This document shows positions 1-15,200 of a stretch of DNA of 64,000 nt, in pieces. Below the pieces are notes generated by a model. The model did not search any database. It was not told the origin of the DNA and saw only the letters and a list, made by a program, of their open reading frames with translations. The DNA comes from a virus: positions 32,001 to 96,000 of IMG/VR virus record IMGVR_UViG_3300025840_000015. One strand, written 5' to 3'. The position numbers were made by a program, and so were the translations under genes. Each line of letters opens with the position of its first letter. The first letter of the stretch is position 1.

Positions 1-1634
1 TTAATATCAGAAATACTATATGAAACTGCTGTGGAAATAATATAATTTGTTTCAAAACCATTAATTATTAACTTTTCACCAGAAGAAAATTTTCCAGAAG
101 TTTGCGATAGTAATATAGTAGATGATCCTCCACCAGAAGTAACTGCATATCCAGTTGCACTACTATCTGCTCCTTTTACAAATGAAGATTCTGGCAATTC
201 AGCATTAGATATTGTTCCACTAGTCAACGTTATCTTAGTGTATGTCTGAATATCATAAAGATAAAGATCCCAACTAGATTCTGGTCCAGTATATTTTGCA
301 TCTGTCAATGAAAAACTATAAATTTTAGCTTCTCCAATTTTACTGGTAGTAAATGGATTGCCAGCAGTTCTTCTTGCATTATGCAACTCTACAATATAAT
401 TTAATCTTGGTGCTCCATAAACATTATTTACTCTAATTAAATTTCCAAAATCAAAAGTAACTATTTGAGATTCTACTTTTTGCGTTTTTCTTGGTTTATT
501 GGCATCAATTATTGTAGTGACTGGTTTGTCAATATCAAATCCTCTTACATATGCCTTTCCTGGTGATAATTTTAGGCACATTAAATCATCTGAAGGTATA
601 TTACCCTCATCGGTAAATTCATTTTGGAAAAATAATCCTTCACTATCAATATTATTATTTAAAGAGTTGTGTAGTGATAATTTGAATGGTGCTACAGAAT
701 AATTTCCAGATTCTTCAAATGTTCTTTTTGCCAGATAGTCTCTAATTAATGAATATTGGTTCTTTACTGTAATTTTCTTTATATCTCCACCATCTATTCT
801 GAGAATTTCTATAAAATCGACATCAGATTCTACTGTTCCTAATTCTTTCTTATCTAAAGTTAATGTCAATTTAAATCTATCTGATCCTGGTGCTGAATAA
901 TTATTAAATCCTTTAGCATTATCATACAATTGATTATCATCTTTAGCACTTACAATTTCTTCAGATACTTGAAGACCAACCCTGTATGATGGAGTATTTG
1001 TATAATAATCTAAAATTAAAGTTTGTTTATATACCTTTGCAAATGTCCCTCGTATGAAGTATATTCCATCAGTTATTGATACTGCAGACCCAATAGCGGT
1101 AGCGTCTACTTCCAATAAAGTTGCAAATGGAGTATCTTCATTAATTACAGTATTTTCACTATAAGTAATTGCTACGTTTGATATTAACGATTCTCCATCT
1201 TCAAAAGAACTAATAACATTATCATTATTAGCATCAAGATATTTTACATATAGTGTAATATAATCTAAATTGTTGGTTTCATTTGGAAATTCTATTCTCT
1301 GAACTATTGCAGTTACTCCAGAGGTTTCCCCTTCAATTTGCTTTCCTATATATTGCTCAATATATGATCGAATATCAATATTCGAGTATGTTTGATTTAA
1401 TTTAACAGCAAAATATTGAGGATCATATGTAACACTTCCAGGTATTACTAATGAACCCTCTTTAAATATATGACTTCCAAAGGATTCAATTTGATTTTGT
1501 AGTATTGACTGGAGATTATTTAATTCTCTAGACTGAATGGGAGTCCCAGGCTTAAATAATACTTTATAATAATTATCTTCAGCATCGAAATCATCAAAAT
1601 AAGGACTTACATTTAAATTAGTTTTTTGTGCCAT
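1..1634 (-). CDS. vrlC: VrlC-like (DUF4815) virion structural protein, 5' part (runs off window)
   Basis: ATG at 1634; reads MAQKTNLNVSPYFDDFDAEDNYYKVLFKPGTPIQSRELNNLQSILQNQIESFGSHIFKEGS, the N-terminus of the cyanophage VrlC family that follows gp8; absent from the ORF track because it is truncated. Confidence 0.85.
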   Translation of the reverse strand, partial: MAQKTNLNVSPYFDDFDAEDNYYKVLFKPGTPIQSRELNNLQSILQNQIESFGSHIFKEGSLVIPGSVTYDPQYFAVKLNQTYSNIDIRSYIEQYIGKQIEGETSGVTAIVQRIEFPNETNNLDYITLYVKYLDANNDNVISSFEDGESLISNVAITYSENTVINEDTPFATLLEVDATAIGSAVSITDGIYFIRGTFAKVYKQTLILDYYTNTPSYRVGLQVSEEIVSAKDDNQLYDNAKGFNNYSAPGSDRFKLTLTLDKKELGTVESDVDFIEILRIDGGDIKKITVKNQYSLIRDYLAKRTFEESGNYSVAPFKLSLHNSLNNNIDSEGLFFQNEFTDEGNIPSDDLMCLKLSPGKAYVRGFDIDKPVTTIIDANKPRKTQKVESQIVTFDFGNLIRVNNVYGAPRLNYIVELHNARRTAGNPFTTSKIGEAKIYSFSLTDAKYTGPESSWDLYLYDIQTYTKITLTSGTISNAELPESSFVKGADSSATGYAVTSGGGSSTILLSQTSGKFSSGEKLIINGFETNYIISTAVSYSISDI

Positions 1635-1637
1635 TGG

Positions 1638-3209
1638 TTAAAATTCGAGAATGATTTTGATGTCTTCTTTTTGTCTTTCATTTCTATAGACTAGAGGTCT
1701 ATTGTCAATATATAAAATATCCCCCGTTCTTTTATTTATCTCTGAAGAAGCAAGTCCTTCAGTAAAATTGACTCCCAGATTTACAATTGAATTTTGGATG
1801 TTTGTAGTTATTCCAGAGAAATTTAAAATACTTCCAGAAAAACCACTAGATTCTCCAATTACGTTTAATCCTGCATTGGTAAAATCTATATTTCTCCCAT
1901 CAACAGAAACACCAATATAATCAGTTTCATCATTAGAATCACCATTATAAAGAGATCTATCAGTAAAATACTTTAAAACCTTAGTATCGTCATCATAAGA
2001 TGCTACATATCCAACTGCAGTCCCAACTCCAGTAATTGTTTGTTTAATTTTTTCTCCAACTGTTGGAGAAAATTCATTTACGCTATCAAAAATAATTGAT
2101 TGTAAATTTGAAAATTCTCCACCATAATAAATTTGATCCGATGCATATTCTTTTGGATTTTTTACAATACCAATTTGACAAAATCTAGAATTTACTGGAA
2201 AATCTCTAGTTGAAGAATCAAATCTAGTATATAATAATACCTTATCTGCACCCAATTCGGTGTAAATATCATACCCATGACCTTTTGATGGTGGGATAAT
2301 TGGAATTAATTTTGCTGGATTGGATATATTTCCAATTGGTTGTAAATTTCCTAAGTCAACAATACCATATGAATATCCAGAACCTCCGGAAGTTACGGTA
2401 GTATTAATTATTTCTCCTGCGGAATTTGTTTCTATTGAAACTTTAGCTCCAGAACCATCACCTAAGATTGAAACTTCACCTGAAGTATATCCTGAACCAC
2501 TTTCAGCAATAAAAACAGTTTTAATCTGATTTTCATTTAAATCAGAATTGCCATATTCTCTTACACTTACAATATTTGAGTCAGTTGATGTTGACCAGTC
2601 GTTTGGTAATGGTATATATTCTGTAGAATCAAATTTTATAATATCTGAAGGTGAAATAGTAAACAAATATTTCCACACATATCCATCTGAACCATTTCCT
2701 GCAGCAGATGGTTCTAAATCAGTAAATTTTGGTTCATATTGAGATTGATTTGCCTGATTATTTCCTGCACCACTTCCATTTTTTATGCAAATATACACAT
2801 TATATTCACTATTAATTACATAAAATTCAGAATCGAATAATCTTGGTCTTTTTGATACTGTAGTTAGATTTGAAAAACTATAATCATGTCTATACATATC
2901 ATATTTTTTACCTCTAACCCAATCAACTCTCTTCACAACTCTTCTTACACTAGAAGAAGTTACTCTTTTTCCAAAAAGTAGAGTATCTTTATATTGATTC
3001 AAATAGCTAAGATTATCAACTGGATTTGGGACAAAACCTTCAGAAACACCTGGAGATCCCTGCCAGTTTTCATTTCTAGCAAATCCAGTATAAACACTTG
3101 GATTTGGCAATCCAACCCAGATATAATAAGAATTTGTAGAATCTTTTATAGATTCTACAAAATTCGAAGAATTTTCAATTCTAAATTGATCTGTTACAAG
3201 TGCGGACAT
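1638..3209 (-). CDS. gp8: baseplate wedge subunit gp8
   Basis: MSALVTDQFRI start, YDMYRHDYS, DGYVWKYLF and C-terminal QKEDIKIILEF motifs; synteny gp25-gp6-gp7-gp8. Confidence 0.92.
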   Translation of the reverse strand: MSALVTDQFRIENSSNFVESIKDSTNSYYIWVGLPNPSVYTGFARNENWQGSPGVSEGFVPNPVDNLSYLNQYKDTLLFGKRVTSSSVRRVVKRVDWVRGKKYDMYRHDYSFSNLTTVSKRPRLFDSEFYVINSEYNVYICIKNGSGAGNNQANQSQYEPKFTDLEPSAAGNGSDGYVWKYLFTISPSDIIKFDSTEYIPLPNDWSTSTDSNIVSVREYGNSDLNENQIKTVFIAESGSGYTSGEVSILGDGSGAKVSIETNSAGEIINTTVTSGGSGYSYGIVDLGNLQPIGNISNPAKLIPIIPPSKGHGYDIYTELGADKVLLYTRFDSSTRDFPVNSRFCQIGIVKNPKEYASDQIYYGGEFSNLQSIIFDSVNEFSPTVGEKIKQTITGVGTAVGYVASYDDDTKVLKYFTDRSLYNGDSNDETDYIGVSVDGRNIDFTNAGLNVIGESSGFSGSILNFSGITTNIQNSIVNLGVNFTEGLASSEINKRTGDILYIDNRPLVYRNERQKEDIKIILEF

Positions 3210-3228
3210 CTATATAACTTTTTTCTTA

Positions 3229-3236
3229 TATTTATA
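3229..3236 (-). promoter_or_regulatory. T4-type late promoter TATAAATA
   Basis: exact TATAAATA about 20 nt upstream of the gp8 start. Confidence 0.8.
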
Positions 3237-6200
3237 CTATTAGAGCACCACTATCTCTGAATCCAAAGTTTCTTCTCTGAATGATGGGATATGTTGATAA
3301 TCCAGAATTATATGAATCAGATGTCATACCAACACTAGAAGTATATCCCATTATATCAATATCTAGTGGATCAACAGATCTTCTCTGGAATCCAGAAAGT
3401 CTTCCCCAAGAAAGTTTTCCTACAGGATAATTTAATGTTCCTGAAGTTGTTATTCCAGAAAGATTTGATCCGGAATCGACATTGCATACTATAGTTCCAG
3501 TTGAAGAATTGAAAGATGCAACTTGATAAATGTTATTGACAAATGATGTGGATATTGATAAAGTATTTGATCCAGAATTATCTAAGGAAATGACTCCCTG
3601 TCCAACATTAGTCTCAGTAATATAAAATACTGTTCCAACAGTAAAATTAGTGAACGTGAATGGGTCTCTACTAATTACAAATTCAATTCCATCAGCAGCA
3701 CCAATTCCAGAAGTTGGAGATATGCTAGTTACACTAGCATTAAATCCTTCTAGATTATTTACGCCAGAAATTAATTCATAATTTTTTGATGGTATAGTTG
3801 TTCCAACTCCAACAGCGTTTGTAAATACAAGAGCATCAAAATTAATTATAGTTTCATCCTCATAATCAAATAAACTAATATCATCAACATATATTTCTGT
3901 TGAATTTGCATCAAAATTACTTATAATATTGGCAGTTGGATATACTTGAGATGATTTTAATCTTCTTGCTTTTGATAATTCCTCATTATTAAGTATTAAG
4001 TCAGATTTTTGTTTTGTCCAATGCAATGGCTTATAATTTTGATCATCTATACCAACATACTGATATATATTTGTCTGGAAAACATCAGAGCTTGTTATGG
4101 AATAAACAATTCTTTCATCTTGAGTTTTTGTATTTTCAATTTCATTGTTTAATACAATTTGAACAGTATCTCCAATTTGTATAGTTTCATCAATATCAAA
4201 TTGAAGACTATCTTCACCTCTAGTTCCTCTATAGAAGAAGACCTTAACGTCATCAGATTCTTTTGGCGGGAAAGTAAATGTGAATGTAGATCCACCATTA
4301 AATTGATATGATTTTATTGGTTCTTGTAAAACTCCATTTATAAAGATAACTAAAACATTGTTCAAATCAATCAATTCAGACTCTTCGTCAAGTTCATCAG
4401 TCTCAAAAGTTAAGTTTTCTCCTCTGTAAATTAGTGGGAATCTGACTCTCTTTCCATCTTGATATGGTGCTAAAGAATCTATATAATCAAGTTCCCCAAT
4501 CTGAATAGCACTAAATTCATCAGAAAATGTATCTACCACAGTAATTTCAAAATCATATATTGGAGCAGATAGATTTCTATCAGTAACTAGACCAATTGGT
4601 TTAAATACATCGCCTCTTCTAAAACCATAACCATTTCTAACAATATTAAATCCTTTAACTTCGTAAAGAGTAGAACCAATACCAACAGAATCACTTGGTC
4701 CTACATCTAAAGTTATAAGAGCACCAAATCCAGAGTCTGTTGTAGGTCCCTCTGATAGTCTAGAAACACCAATTATAGAGAGATTGCTATAAGATGGTGA
4801 TCCAACATTTATAAATGGATTTACATAACCTGTTCCACCGAAGACAACATCAAATGCCAGTGTTCCACCAGCACCAACAATTGCATTAATAATAGCATCA
4901 TCACCATTATGATCAGGATCGATAATTTCTACTGAAGGAATTTCATAATAACCAGAACCAATCTCATCAGATGGTTGTTCTCCTACAGAGATTATTGAAC
5001 CAGAATTTAAAACTGCTGTTACTGATGCTCCAACTAGAGGTGCAAAACCAAGTCCTGCAGTTGATCCATATGATACAATAACACCTCCTCTTGGAAGTTT
5101 ATTCTGATTTATATCAATTTCAGATAAGAAATCATTTTCTTCAAATGTTATTCCAGTGAAGGTGATACTAGATATTCCAAGATTGAGATCTTCCTCAATA
5201 ATATAATTATTATCGGAATTATTTTCAGTAGTTGGTGATTGGAAGACACCATTAATGAATACTAGTCCATTACCACCACTAGTTCCTAAACCTACAGTGT
5301 TTATTCCTTGAGCAGTTAATGTGAATGTTTGTCCAATTCCAGTAAATTGATCTGAAATGTCATCATATACTTCATTACTTTCATAACTCTTTCTCAAGAA
5401 TACTCTACCATTAAAACTATCTCGATCTATAGATAGATTACTTTCACTAGCACGAACTAAATCTAAATTATTTCCTTTTGGTGGATCAATGAAGTATATT
5501 TTATTTCCATTGATATTATATGCACCCCTATAGATTTGACAATTAGTTCCATCTAGATGAGATAACGCCTTAGATCCAAAAGATCCTCTAGAAACTTCAA
5601 CTAAAGGTTCATTTCCGGAGAATGTTATGGGACCTACACTTTCAGTTCCATATCCAACATTTTCAACTATTGCATATTCATCTTCAATCCTCAATACATC
5701 TTTAGGTCTAATTGAACTTATTCCACTAAGAGCAAAAGTAGTGGCACCAGCAGAAATTTGACCAGAATTGTTTGCAAGAACATGACTAATGTAGGTATAT
5801 GAAATTGGACTTTGAACTAAATTATTAATTGAAATTAAAGATTTTTCATTTTTCTTTACCATCTCAATTTGATGATAATTACCAATTCCAACAGAAGTAA
5901 ATGTAACACCATATCCGGCAGTAGCATATTCCTTTCTAGTTGCTACTCTAAATGTATCATTATCATCTCTAATAGCATATAATGTAGATGGTAGAAGATC
6001 AGTTAATACTCCAACATTATCCTCAGTTTCAACTATTCCTATAGGAGAACTTCCAATTCCTACAAACGTTGATCCTGGAGTATATTTTAATTCTTCCCCA
6101 GTATTAAATAAATGATCTTTAATATTGAATGAATTAGTAGAAAAATCTACTACACTAGTATTTGATGGATCAAAAGATTTTGCAAATATTGGAGAACCTT

Positions 6201-9200
6201 TATAATTCATTTCAAAATCAACTTTATATCCCAAATCTACATTGTTTCCATAATAATTTGCTAAACTTAGAGATTCATTAACTGGGGAATAATTCAAATC
6301 TAATGGTTGATTAATTTCATCGTAATCTTTATAGAAGCATTGATTAAAGGAAATAATTTCAACATCATCTGGGTATGAATAAGGTTTAAACGATAATTTA
6401 AACTGTCCAAGAGAAAAATCTCCAATAAATGTTCCTACACCAACTTCACTTCTAGCAGATAAGAATGGATATTCGGAAACATATACGTCAGAACCATCAA
6501 ATAATGAAATAACTTGATGGACTGAGCTAGTTTGACCAGTGCTTACCTTGACAGTTGATTTGACCGCAGAGAATAAATTAGAATCTATAGAGAATACTTC
6601 TCCAGTTCCTGATGTTATTGTATCAAATTGAGATTGATATAGAGCAGTTCTTTCGGATCCATCTGGTTGATTTTCTGAAAGGAATCTGTATGTCCCAATT
6701 CCCAAAGATGTAGATCCAAATGCAACACTTCTACTTCTAATAGTTAAGTTTTCCTCAGTGTTACTTGTATAATTTAATGATAACTCTCCGCCATCTAAAG
6801 ATGGTTCAAATTGCCCTAGTGAAGAGAAACTAAATCCATCTTCAGAATCAAAATAATATTGATTTATAAAAGTATCATTTCCATCATGTGAAACATAAAT
6901 TTCAACATAATTCATCTTAGATTTGTCATCATTCAATATTTGAATACTAGAATGGACAGCAGAGTAATCGTTAGTGTCTAAATTATAGACACTAGTAGAT
7001 ATGCCAGATTCTGCCTCCACATTGCTAGACAGTAATGAAATGCAACCTAATTCATTTGAATTTGATCCTACAAAATCATTAATAAATGTTTCCTTCAATA
7101 TTTTGAACGATATTGCAGAATTATCAGGATCTACTGGAAATGCATCAAGTATATAATTAAAGTTCACATCATATGATGGAATAATACTTTCTAATATATT
7201 TTCTCCGTTTGAAATTTGAGTTTTAAATAGAGAATATACACTTTCATCATCATTAAGTGAAATTATTTCATTAAATTGAATTTTTCCACTGATAATATCT
7301 TTGGAAAGTATTAAAAATTTATTATAATAATTTGAAGAATTTATTGATATAATTGTTTCATTTTCTTTTCTTTTATCATTTTTGCTTGAAAAATCATCAC
7401 TTATATCATCAATATCCAAAACTCTATTAGATTTGCAAAGAACAAAATCTAGCAAATATGTATTATTAAGTTTTACTGATCTAGAAACATCACTAGATCC
7501 ATTTTTAGTAACGTTTACATCTATTGCCAAATCAAAATCATTAATTCTATCAACTCTAAGCTCCGAGAAGAAACTATTTTTCAGTTCAAATTCAGTTTTT
7601 GACTCAGTAGATATTCCAGAATCTGCTTTACCAGTTATTTGAACATCTGCAAAATCTTTTAATCCACTTATATGGACTAATGGATTAATTACTGAAGATA
7701 TTTCATCCCATGTCTTGGTGCTCTTCACAGAATAAGACATTTTCTGATAATAATCATTATCAGAAAATACTTGGAAACTTTCACTTAATTTTCCAGTATT
7801 AAATGTCCACCCAAGATCTTTAACTATGGTCCAGGAAGAATTGTATACAGCATCACTAGATTTTATGTATGAAACTGTCCCTACACTTGAAGTATTTTCT
7901 CCCTTTAATATATCACCAATTTTTGGAGTAAAATTGCCCAATACTCTAATATTGGAAGTATTTGCCTTTGTAACTTTCAGTCCCGAATTTTCAAATCCAT
8001 TTCCACGATTTATAAGTAGATTTTCACCTTCAAAGAAAGATGAAAGAGATTTATCTATAGAGAATCTTGGGTAATTATCATATTTGATTATAGATGCAGA
8101 TCCTTCTTGAACTTGTTTAGGTGTTCCTGGATTATTTGAATAATTTGAAATATTAAATTCAACTTTTACTGGATTTGTATCAAAATATTGACTTACAGTA
8201 AAGAAGTTGTATCCATAATTCTCAGAATTGAATCCCGTTCCATCTGAAGATTGCTTTTCAATTCCTTCAACATATATTTTTTCTCCCAACTCAAATAATG
8301 GAGATGAGAATCCTGCAATTGGTGTTGTTATTGTGCAAGTTACTGTTCCAGATGGAGAATATTCTACTCGATCAATATTAACACCATTACTGTTATTAAT
8401 GGATCTAATTAATACTTCTCCATCTGGAAGACCGGCAGGAGATATGTTAATATCTACACTAGATATTGAAGATCCGGACATTATTGGATCTAAAAATCCA
8501 GAGTTTATAACTTCACCATTCTGTGGGTCAACTATTATCAATATTGGAGCAAAACTGTAATCAGATCCTCCATTCAATACACTTACAGAATTTATTTTAT
8601 TGGTATTTGTTAGATATAAAGATTTTGGAACACTAGCTACAGGTCTAATAGTATTATCTGATGAGTAATCAAAACCTTCATTTGTAATTCTGCTACTTAA
8701 TATCTTTCCGATAGATTTTGATGTTGGAACTAAGAATGCCCCTTTACCAAGAGAGCTGCTCACTGATAAGAATGAAGGTAAATTCTTAAGAGGGTAACCT
8801 TGATTAACTACGAATAGTTTTTTAATTGGACCTCTTGCACTTAATGATGTAGTGCTATATTCTAAACGATCACAGTCTGAAGAATTGTATGATAATCTTT
8901 CAGGTATTCTTGGTATACAAATATCAAAAGATTGATCAGTTATACCAATGATTGGAAATTCTCCATTATAAATGCTAGATTTATATGTTATTTGAGAATA
9001 TTGTTTTACATCTTTATCTGTAGTTGATACTGGAATTCCAGATTCTGTCAAATTGTAATACAATATTGCTGGAGTTTTATCAGTGTAATCTAAAATTAAT
9101 GCAGCATCAGTGGAAACACCTACAGTTCCAATTCCAGAAACTGCAAATAATCCATCATCTTTTATTGCATTAAATACATTTTCATATCCATCATCAGTGT

Positions 9201-12200
9201 AAACATTAAAACCATAACCAGACAATGAAGTATCTGATAGATCAAATACTAAATTATTATTCCTATAATTTGAAATTGGTGGATTTATTGAACTTATTAT
9301 CTGTAGATTTCCCCCAACAGATCCAAATGAAACTACAGTTGGTGGAGTTGAAATTGATTCTAAATATGTTTCTGACAATTTGATATTGTCATCATCAATT
9401 TTATATACGAAATATTCTCCAGTAGATAGTCCAGATATTACATTGTCTTCGGAGTCATAGAATATTTTTTGTCCGGTATGGAAATTATGTTGGTATATTG
9501 ATAATATATTATCAATATTGTTTACTTCTGAAGAAGTAAACTTGATTTCATTTATCAATAGATTTCCATCTTTATACTTAACTCTTATGGACGTGCTTGT
9601 TCCTATACCAACATTTAAATCTGGTCTAACATTTAATTTTACTTTATCACCAACTTGCAAATTATGAGAAGTTGAAATTGATACTGTGGTTGTAATTCTA
9701 TTAGAATCTGCAGTTATTTGATCCTCAACTGTAGTAAATTGATATCCATAATCATTTGAACCACCATCTAAGAAAAATAATCCATTCGAAAAAGTTGTAA
9801 GACCAACATTAGTTACAATTCCAATAAAATCAATTGATTTTTTAACAACATAAAATTCATTTACATCATCAGGGATATTAAATTCTGCATTTGTTTCAGG
9901 ACTTTTGACAGAAATTGGTAACGATGATGATTCTTTACTTAATATTATCTTGTCCGCAGTATTTAACTTATTATTTTGTAAAAGTATTGACTGTGATGGA
10001 ATAAATGTATTATAATTAGAATTTCCTATATTATAGGATACAGTAACGCCAAAACCAGTATTTACGCCTACAGAAAGGGCAATATTGGGATTGAAATATA
10101 AATTCCTAGATTTATTGGAAATAAATTTATCAACGGATTTTTCTATGGTAAAATAATCGGGCAAAAATTCTATATTAGCACCACTAGTATGTGCAGTTCC
10201 AGATACTGATCTTTCTACTTTTGCAATAGAAAATGTATTATAAAAATCTAGAATTTTAAATAATTCATCATCAATTCTTATGCTATTTCCAACTGATACA
10301 TTTTCTGGAATATAGCTCAAATATATGTCTGTAACTATTCCAGTAGTTGAATAATCACCGATAGATTCAAATAAGGTTGAATTTATAGTATCAAATTTAA
10401 CTTTATATGTATCATTTATTTTCAAACTATCAGTTGATAATCCACTAATTGTAATTATATCATCTACATTATATTCATGATATGGGAAAACATTGACTCT
10501 AATATAGTTTTTATCTTCCCATGAAAGAACTGAATTTGGATATGATATTAATTCTGTATCAATACTAGAAACTTCTTTTCCGGAAATTTCAGATACTTTT
10601 ACAAATGGTTTGTTTCTTAAATCTTCAACATCTTCAAAAACTACAGTATCATTTACTGAGTAATTATCTCCAGGTTCAATTATAGTCATTCCATCAATAC
10701 CACCGGTCGATATTGATTCTATTATAGATTCTTGATATGTTAATTTATTGGATTCTGATATAAAATCATTTGTTGAAAACTTATCACCAATTCCATATGG
10801 ATATGTATTTCTTAGTAATTTTGAACTATTAAAATCAAATGACTGATTTAAATTTTGATTTATTTTTAAATACTTCGATTTAAATTTATTTCCTATAAAA
10901 TATGGAAATTTTCCAATTATTCCTTCATCCACATTCAATTCGGTAGTTGCAAAATAAGCATAAACTCCATTTGGAAAATCTATAGTTTTTCCAAATCTAC
11001 CATTAAATTCATCTAAATCAGAATCTACAGAATATACATAGTCTTCTACAAAGTATCCTAAGGGGAAAATATCTTCAGAAGGTCTATTATCAATTGTAGT
11101 TAATTCGTAACCACTATTCAATAGTTTTATGTCGGAATTTATATCTTCTGGATCCGAATATCCATAAGATCCATAAATTGGATTTCCATCATATGCCCAT
11201 CCAATAATTTCTGAATGAGAACCATTAGTTCCACTAACATCATTTAATTTATTCTTAAGAGTATCTGAATAACTTACAACAGCATATTGCAAATTATTTC
11301 TACCTCTTATTAATAATTCTGATGATGGATCTCTATAGAAGTTATTCTGAATTCCATATCTAAAAGATATGTTTGGAGTTAGAGATCTTATATTTGCCCT
11401 TAAAACTGTTCCAGCACCAGGATTTAAAATGGTTACTGTAGTATCTGCTTGAGCATATCCACTTCCAGAATTCAGAACAGATACGCTGACAATTTTATTA
11501 TCTGAAAGTGTTGCTCTTAATACTGCACCAATTCCGGAACCATTCACTACCAAATCTGGAATTGAATAATAATTAGATCCTCCAAATAATACCTTAACAG
11601 AACTTATTTTTCCATCAACGATTACTGGATCAAGTATTGCACCAGAACCATTTTTAACTAAAATAGGTGGTCTATTATTAAAATTGAGACTATTTGATCC
11701 ATAGTCAGATCCACCATCATAAACATAAATCTGAGAGATTTCTCCTCTTATAATTGGAAATCCTTTCAATACAGTTTGAGTATTTCCAATTCCAGGAGAT
11801 GAATATCTAATATTAACACTAAATTCTGGATCACTGAAGATCTGATCACCAGATCCGGAATCGAATAATCTTGCCCTATATCTCCTCGAATAGTCGGTAA
11901 TATCTTTACCATCTTCACCAGCATATGCTAGTCCAAATGTATCATCATCAACTTTTAATACTCTATATTTGTCAGATGTTGATATTCCAGATATTGATGT
12001 TATTTCTGATTCGTAATTTACAATATCTCCATCAGAGAATCCATGATTTTTGTAGTTTATTGTGTTACTAAAAGTTGAAATTCCAGATGAAGATACTTTT
12101 AATCTTCTATTAGTATAATTAGAACCACCACTAACTACTAATATTTCAGATAGTTTATTTCTACCTGAAGATAAGAACTTATGAGTTCCCAAATCAGTTA

Positions 12201-15200
12201 CAGTTGTAAATCCTACTGGATTTAATTGTTGATAGTAGTTATTTAAACTATCATACAACTCAATTTTACTTCTATCCAATATTCTTGGATAGTATATTGC
12301 ATTATTAACTAATTTCTTAAATTCAAAAGCATTTACTGGAGTTCCATAATGATAAACTTTTCCAGTTCTTACTCCTGGTTCTCTTGCTCCAACTATAATT
12401 CTCCCACTTCCTATGGCAAGAGCAAATCCAAACTGATCTGATGCGGTAGAGTCTGTTGGAATTAATGTTGATAATAAATTTCCAGTAATATCATAAACAA
12501 AAACCTTTCCAGCAAAGGAATTGTAACCAAATGAAGATGTAACTATTCTTCCACTATTAATTTTGACATTTCTTCCCATATAATCTTGGGCAACACCAGC
12601 AGAATCTGTGAGTATATTCAACTCATTTCCTTCATAATCAAATAAGTAAATTGCACCTTTTTCTCCATCTCTATATGGAGCACCAACAGCGATTAAGTCT
12701 TCTTTTATACTTATTGAAGTTCCAAATCTATCTCCTATAGTAACACCACCACCAGATCCATCAGATGGAACAATCCTCCTAATAAAGTTTCCATTTACAT
12801 CATAAAGATATATTGCACCGATAAAATCAGCATAACCTACAGCACCAACGGCAATTAAATTATCGTTTATATCAACTGAAAAACCAAAGACTAAAGTAGC
12901 TTCTGGATCTGAAGGATATATTTTGTTTATTATATTTCCTTCTAAATCATAAATGTATGCAGCACCAGTTTGTAATCCATAATCATCATCATAACGAGAA
13001 CCAACTACAATTCTATCATTTCCAATAGCAATACTAAATCCAAATTGATCACCATCAGCAGCATCAAATGCCGTTATTTTACTCTTAAAATTGCCTTCAT
13101 AATCAAATAAGTATACAGCACCTCTACTTGTTGACTCAAATACTGCAGTAACTGCTATTACACCCTGTCCTATTGCAACTGCAGATCCAAACTGAGCATT
13201 GGTCTGCAAATCTGCTTCTGGGGCACTTAAAAGAATATATTCACTTCCATTTAAATCTGTAATGTATGCTTTACCAGCACCAGCATAAAGAGTAGCACCA
13301 ACAAATATTTCTGCTAAAGGGGCACCAATCACAACCTTATCAGAATCTATTGCTACAGATCCTCCAAATTGATCAAGACTAACTGCATCAAAAATATATT
13401 GATTTCTAAATGATGGTGTTGTGGTAGAATCTAATATTCTAGTTTTAATATTTACTTCAGAAAGTCCATTTGAGTTATATACAATTTCTTGACCATTAAT
13501 CAATCCATGGGCATTTTTAAAGGTTATGGTTCTTTCTTTTTTATCGATTCCTCCACCATCAGATACCAATCTAGTATCAAAATCAAGATTTCTTTCAACT
13601 TTTTCTACAACTGGTCTAAATTTTGCACCAGAACCGTTTCCACCATTAAATTCAATTGAAGTAATGTTATCAAAATCAAAGAAAGATTGGTCAATTAAAA
13701 TTTTATTTACTGATCCAGAAACTACTGGATAAAATTCTGCAGAACCATATGCAGGTTCGATCAGTGGTGGATTTGAAACATCATAATTGGATCCACCATT
13801 TAGAACATCTACACTTTCAATAGGTCCATAATAAACTTTATCATTAGTCTTATAACTGTAGATTTCTACACCATTTTTCAATATCCCTATTGGTCCAGGT
13901 TCAACTTCTGTTGGAAGACTACTATCAATAGTTTGGGATAGATTAATTTTATTTAATACTTTTTGTGGATACAATAATCCTTCTCTTTGATCAAAAAGAA
14001 CCAATCTATTTTCATTTTCTGGGAGAGTATCACCCAATGAAAGTCCAAAATATAAAAAGTCTTCGGAAGGAACATTAACTCCACTTTGATATAGTTTTAA
14101 ACTCTTTTTATCTTCTAATACTTCGACAAAATAAAATCCTTCTTCAAGATTAGTTATTGTCAGTGAAGGGTCTGGATAATAAAAAACTTTATCGCCAGTT
14201 AAGAATGAAATTGGAGTATCAAAGACGATAGTAGAATATTCTCTTTTAATTCCATCAAATCCACCAAACTTTTTAATCTTATACTCAAATGGTTTGATGT
14301 CTATTGGATATGATGGCAATGAGTTTGAAGCAATGTATGCAATATCAGAACCATCTTCATCATCAAAATATACATTTTGAATATCTGATGATATTACATC
14401 ATTTCCATATTTTACTGGAACATATTCTGAAGTTGCCTTATTCAGCAATCTTCTAGCATCATAAGTAAGATTTCTATTTAAATTTGATGTGCTTACACTT
14501 AAAGATATACTACCATCACTAGAAATTGATTGTATATTTACGTGCTCATACCCAGGAATTGCAAATTCAGTTCCTCTAGATAAGATTTCAACATAATCTC
14601 CAACTTTCAATGGAGTTTCTAAAACATTTGATGATATTCTTATCGTATTTCCACTATAAAAATTGATTTGATATCTTGAATTTGTATTATATACTAATGA
14701 ATTTGCAAATATCTCTTTCTTAGAAATTCCTTTAGTTACAATCTGACCAATACTTTCTGGATAAAGTGAGTCTCCAATTTCAAAATTGAAATCATCATTT
14801 TTTAAATCAAAATCTGAAAGGATTCCTGTAATTATAAAATCAACTCTTCTAGAGGTATCACCCTCTTCATAACCATAATAAGTATTGGTTCCGTAAATAA
14901 AATCAGTTTTATTTACAGTTACTGGGAAATCTCCATTAATATGGCATCCTAAAAATTGATTTACTGTTTTTTCAGTGTAGAAAATCTCAGTATTTCCTTT
15001 AAAGATACTTCCAGACTCTTCGAATCCTACAGTAGAATCTACAGTAATTGCAACTAAATCTGTATTCGATACTACTACAGTTTCTGAAACTCTACTATTT
15101 GTAGTGATATTGAAATTTCCGGTGATCGATGGATATGTATCATCATATCCTACAAATAAATTTAATCTATAATACTTGACTCCATTCTTGGTAAATGTAT

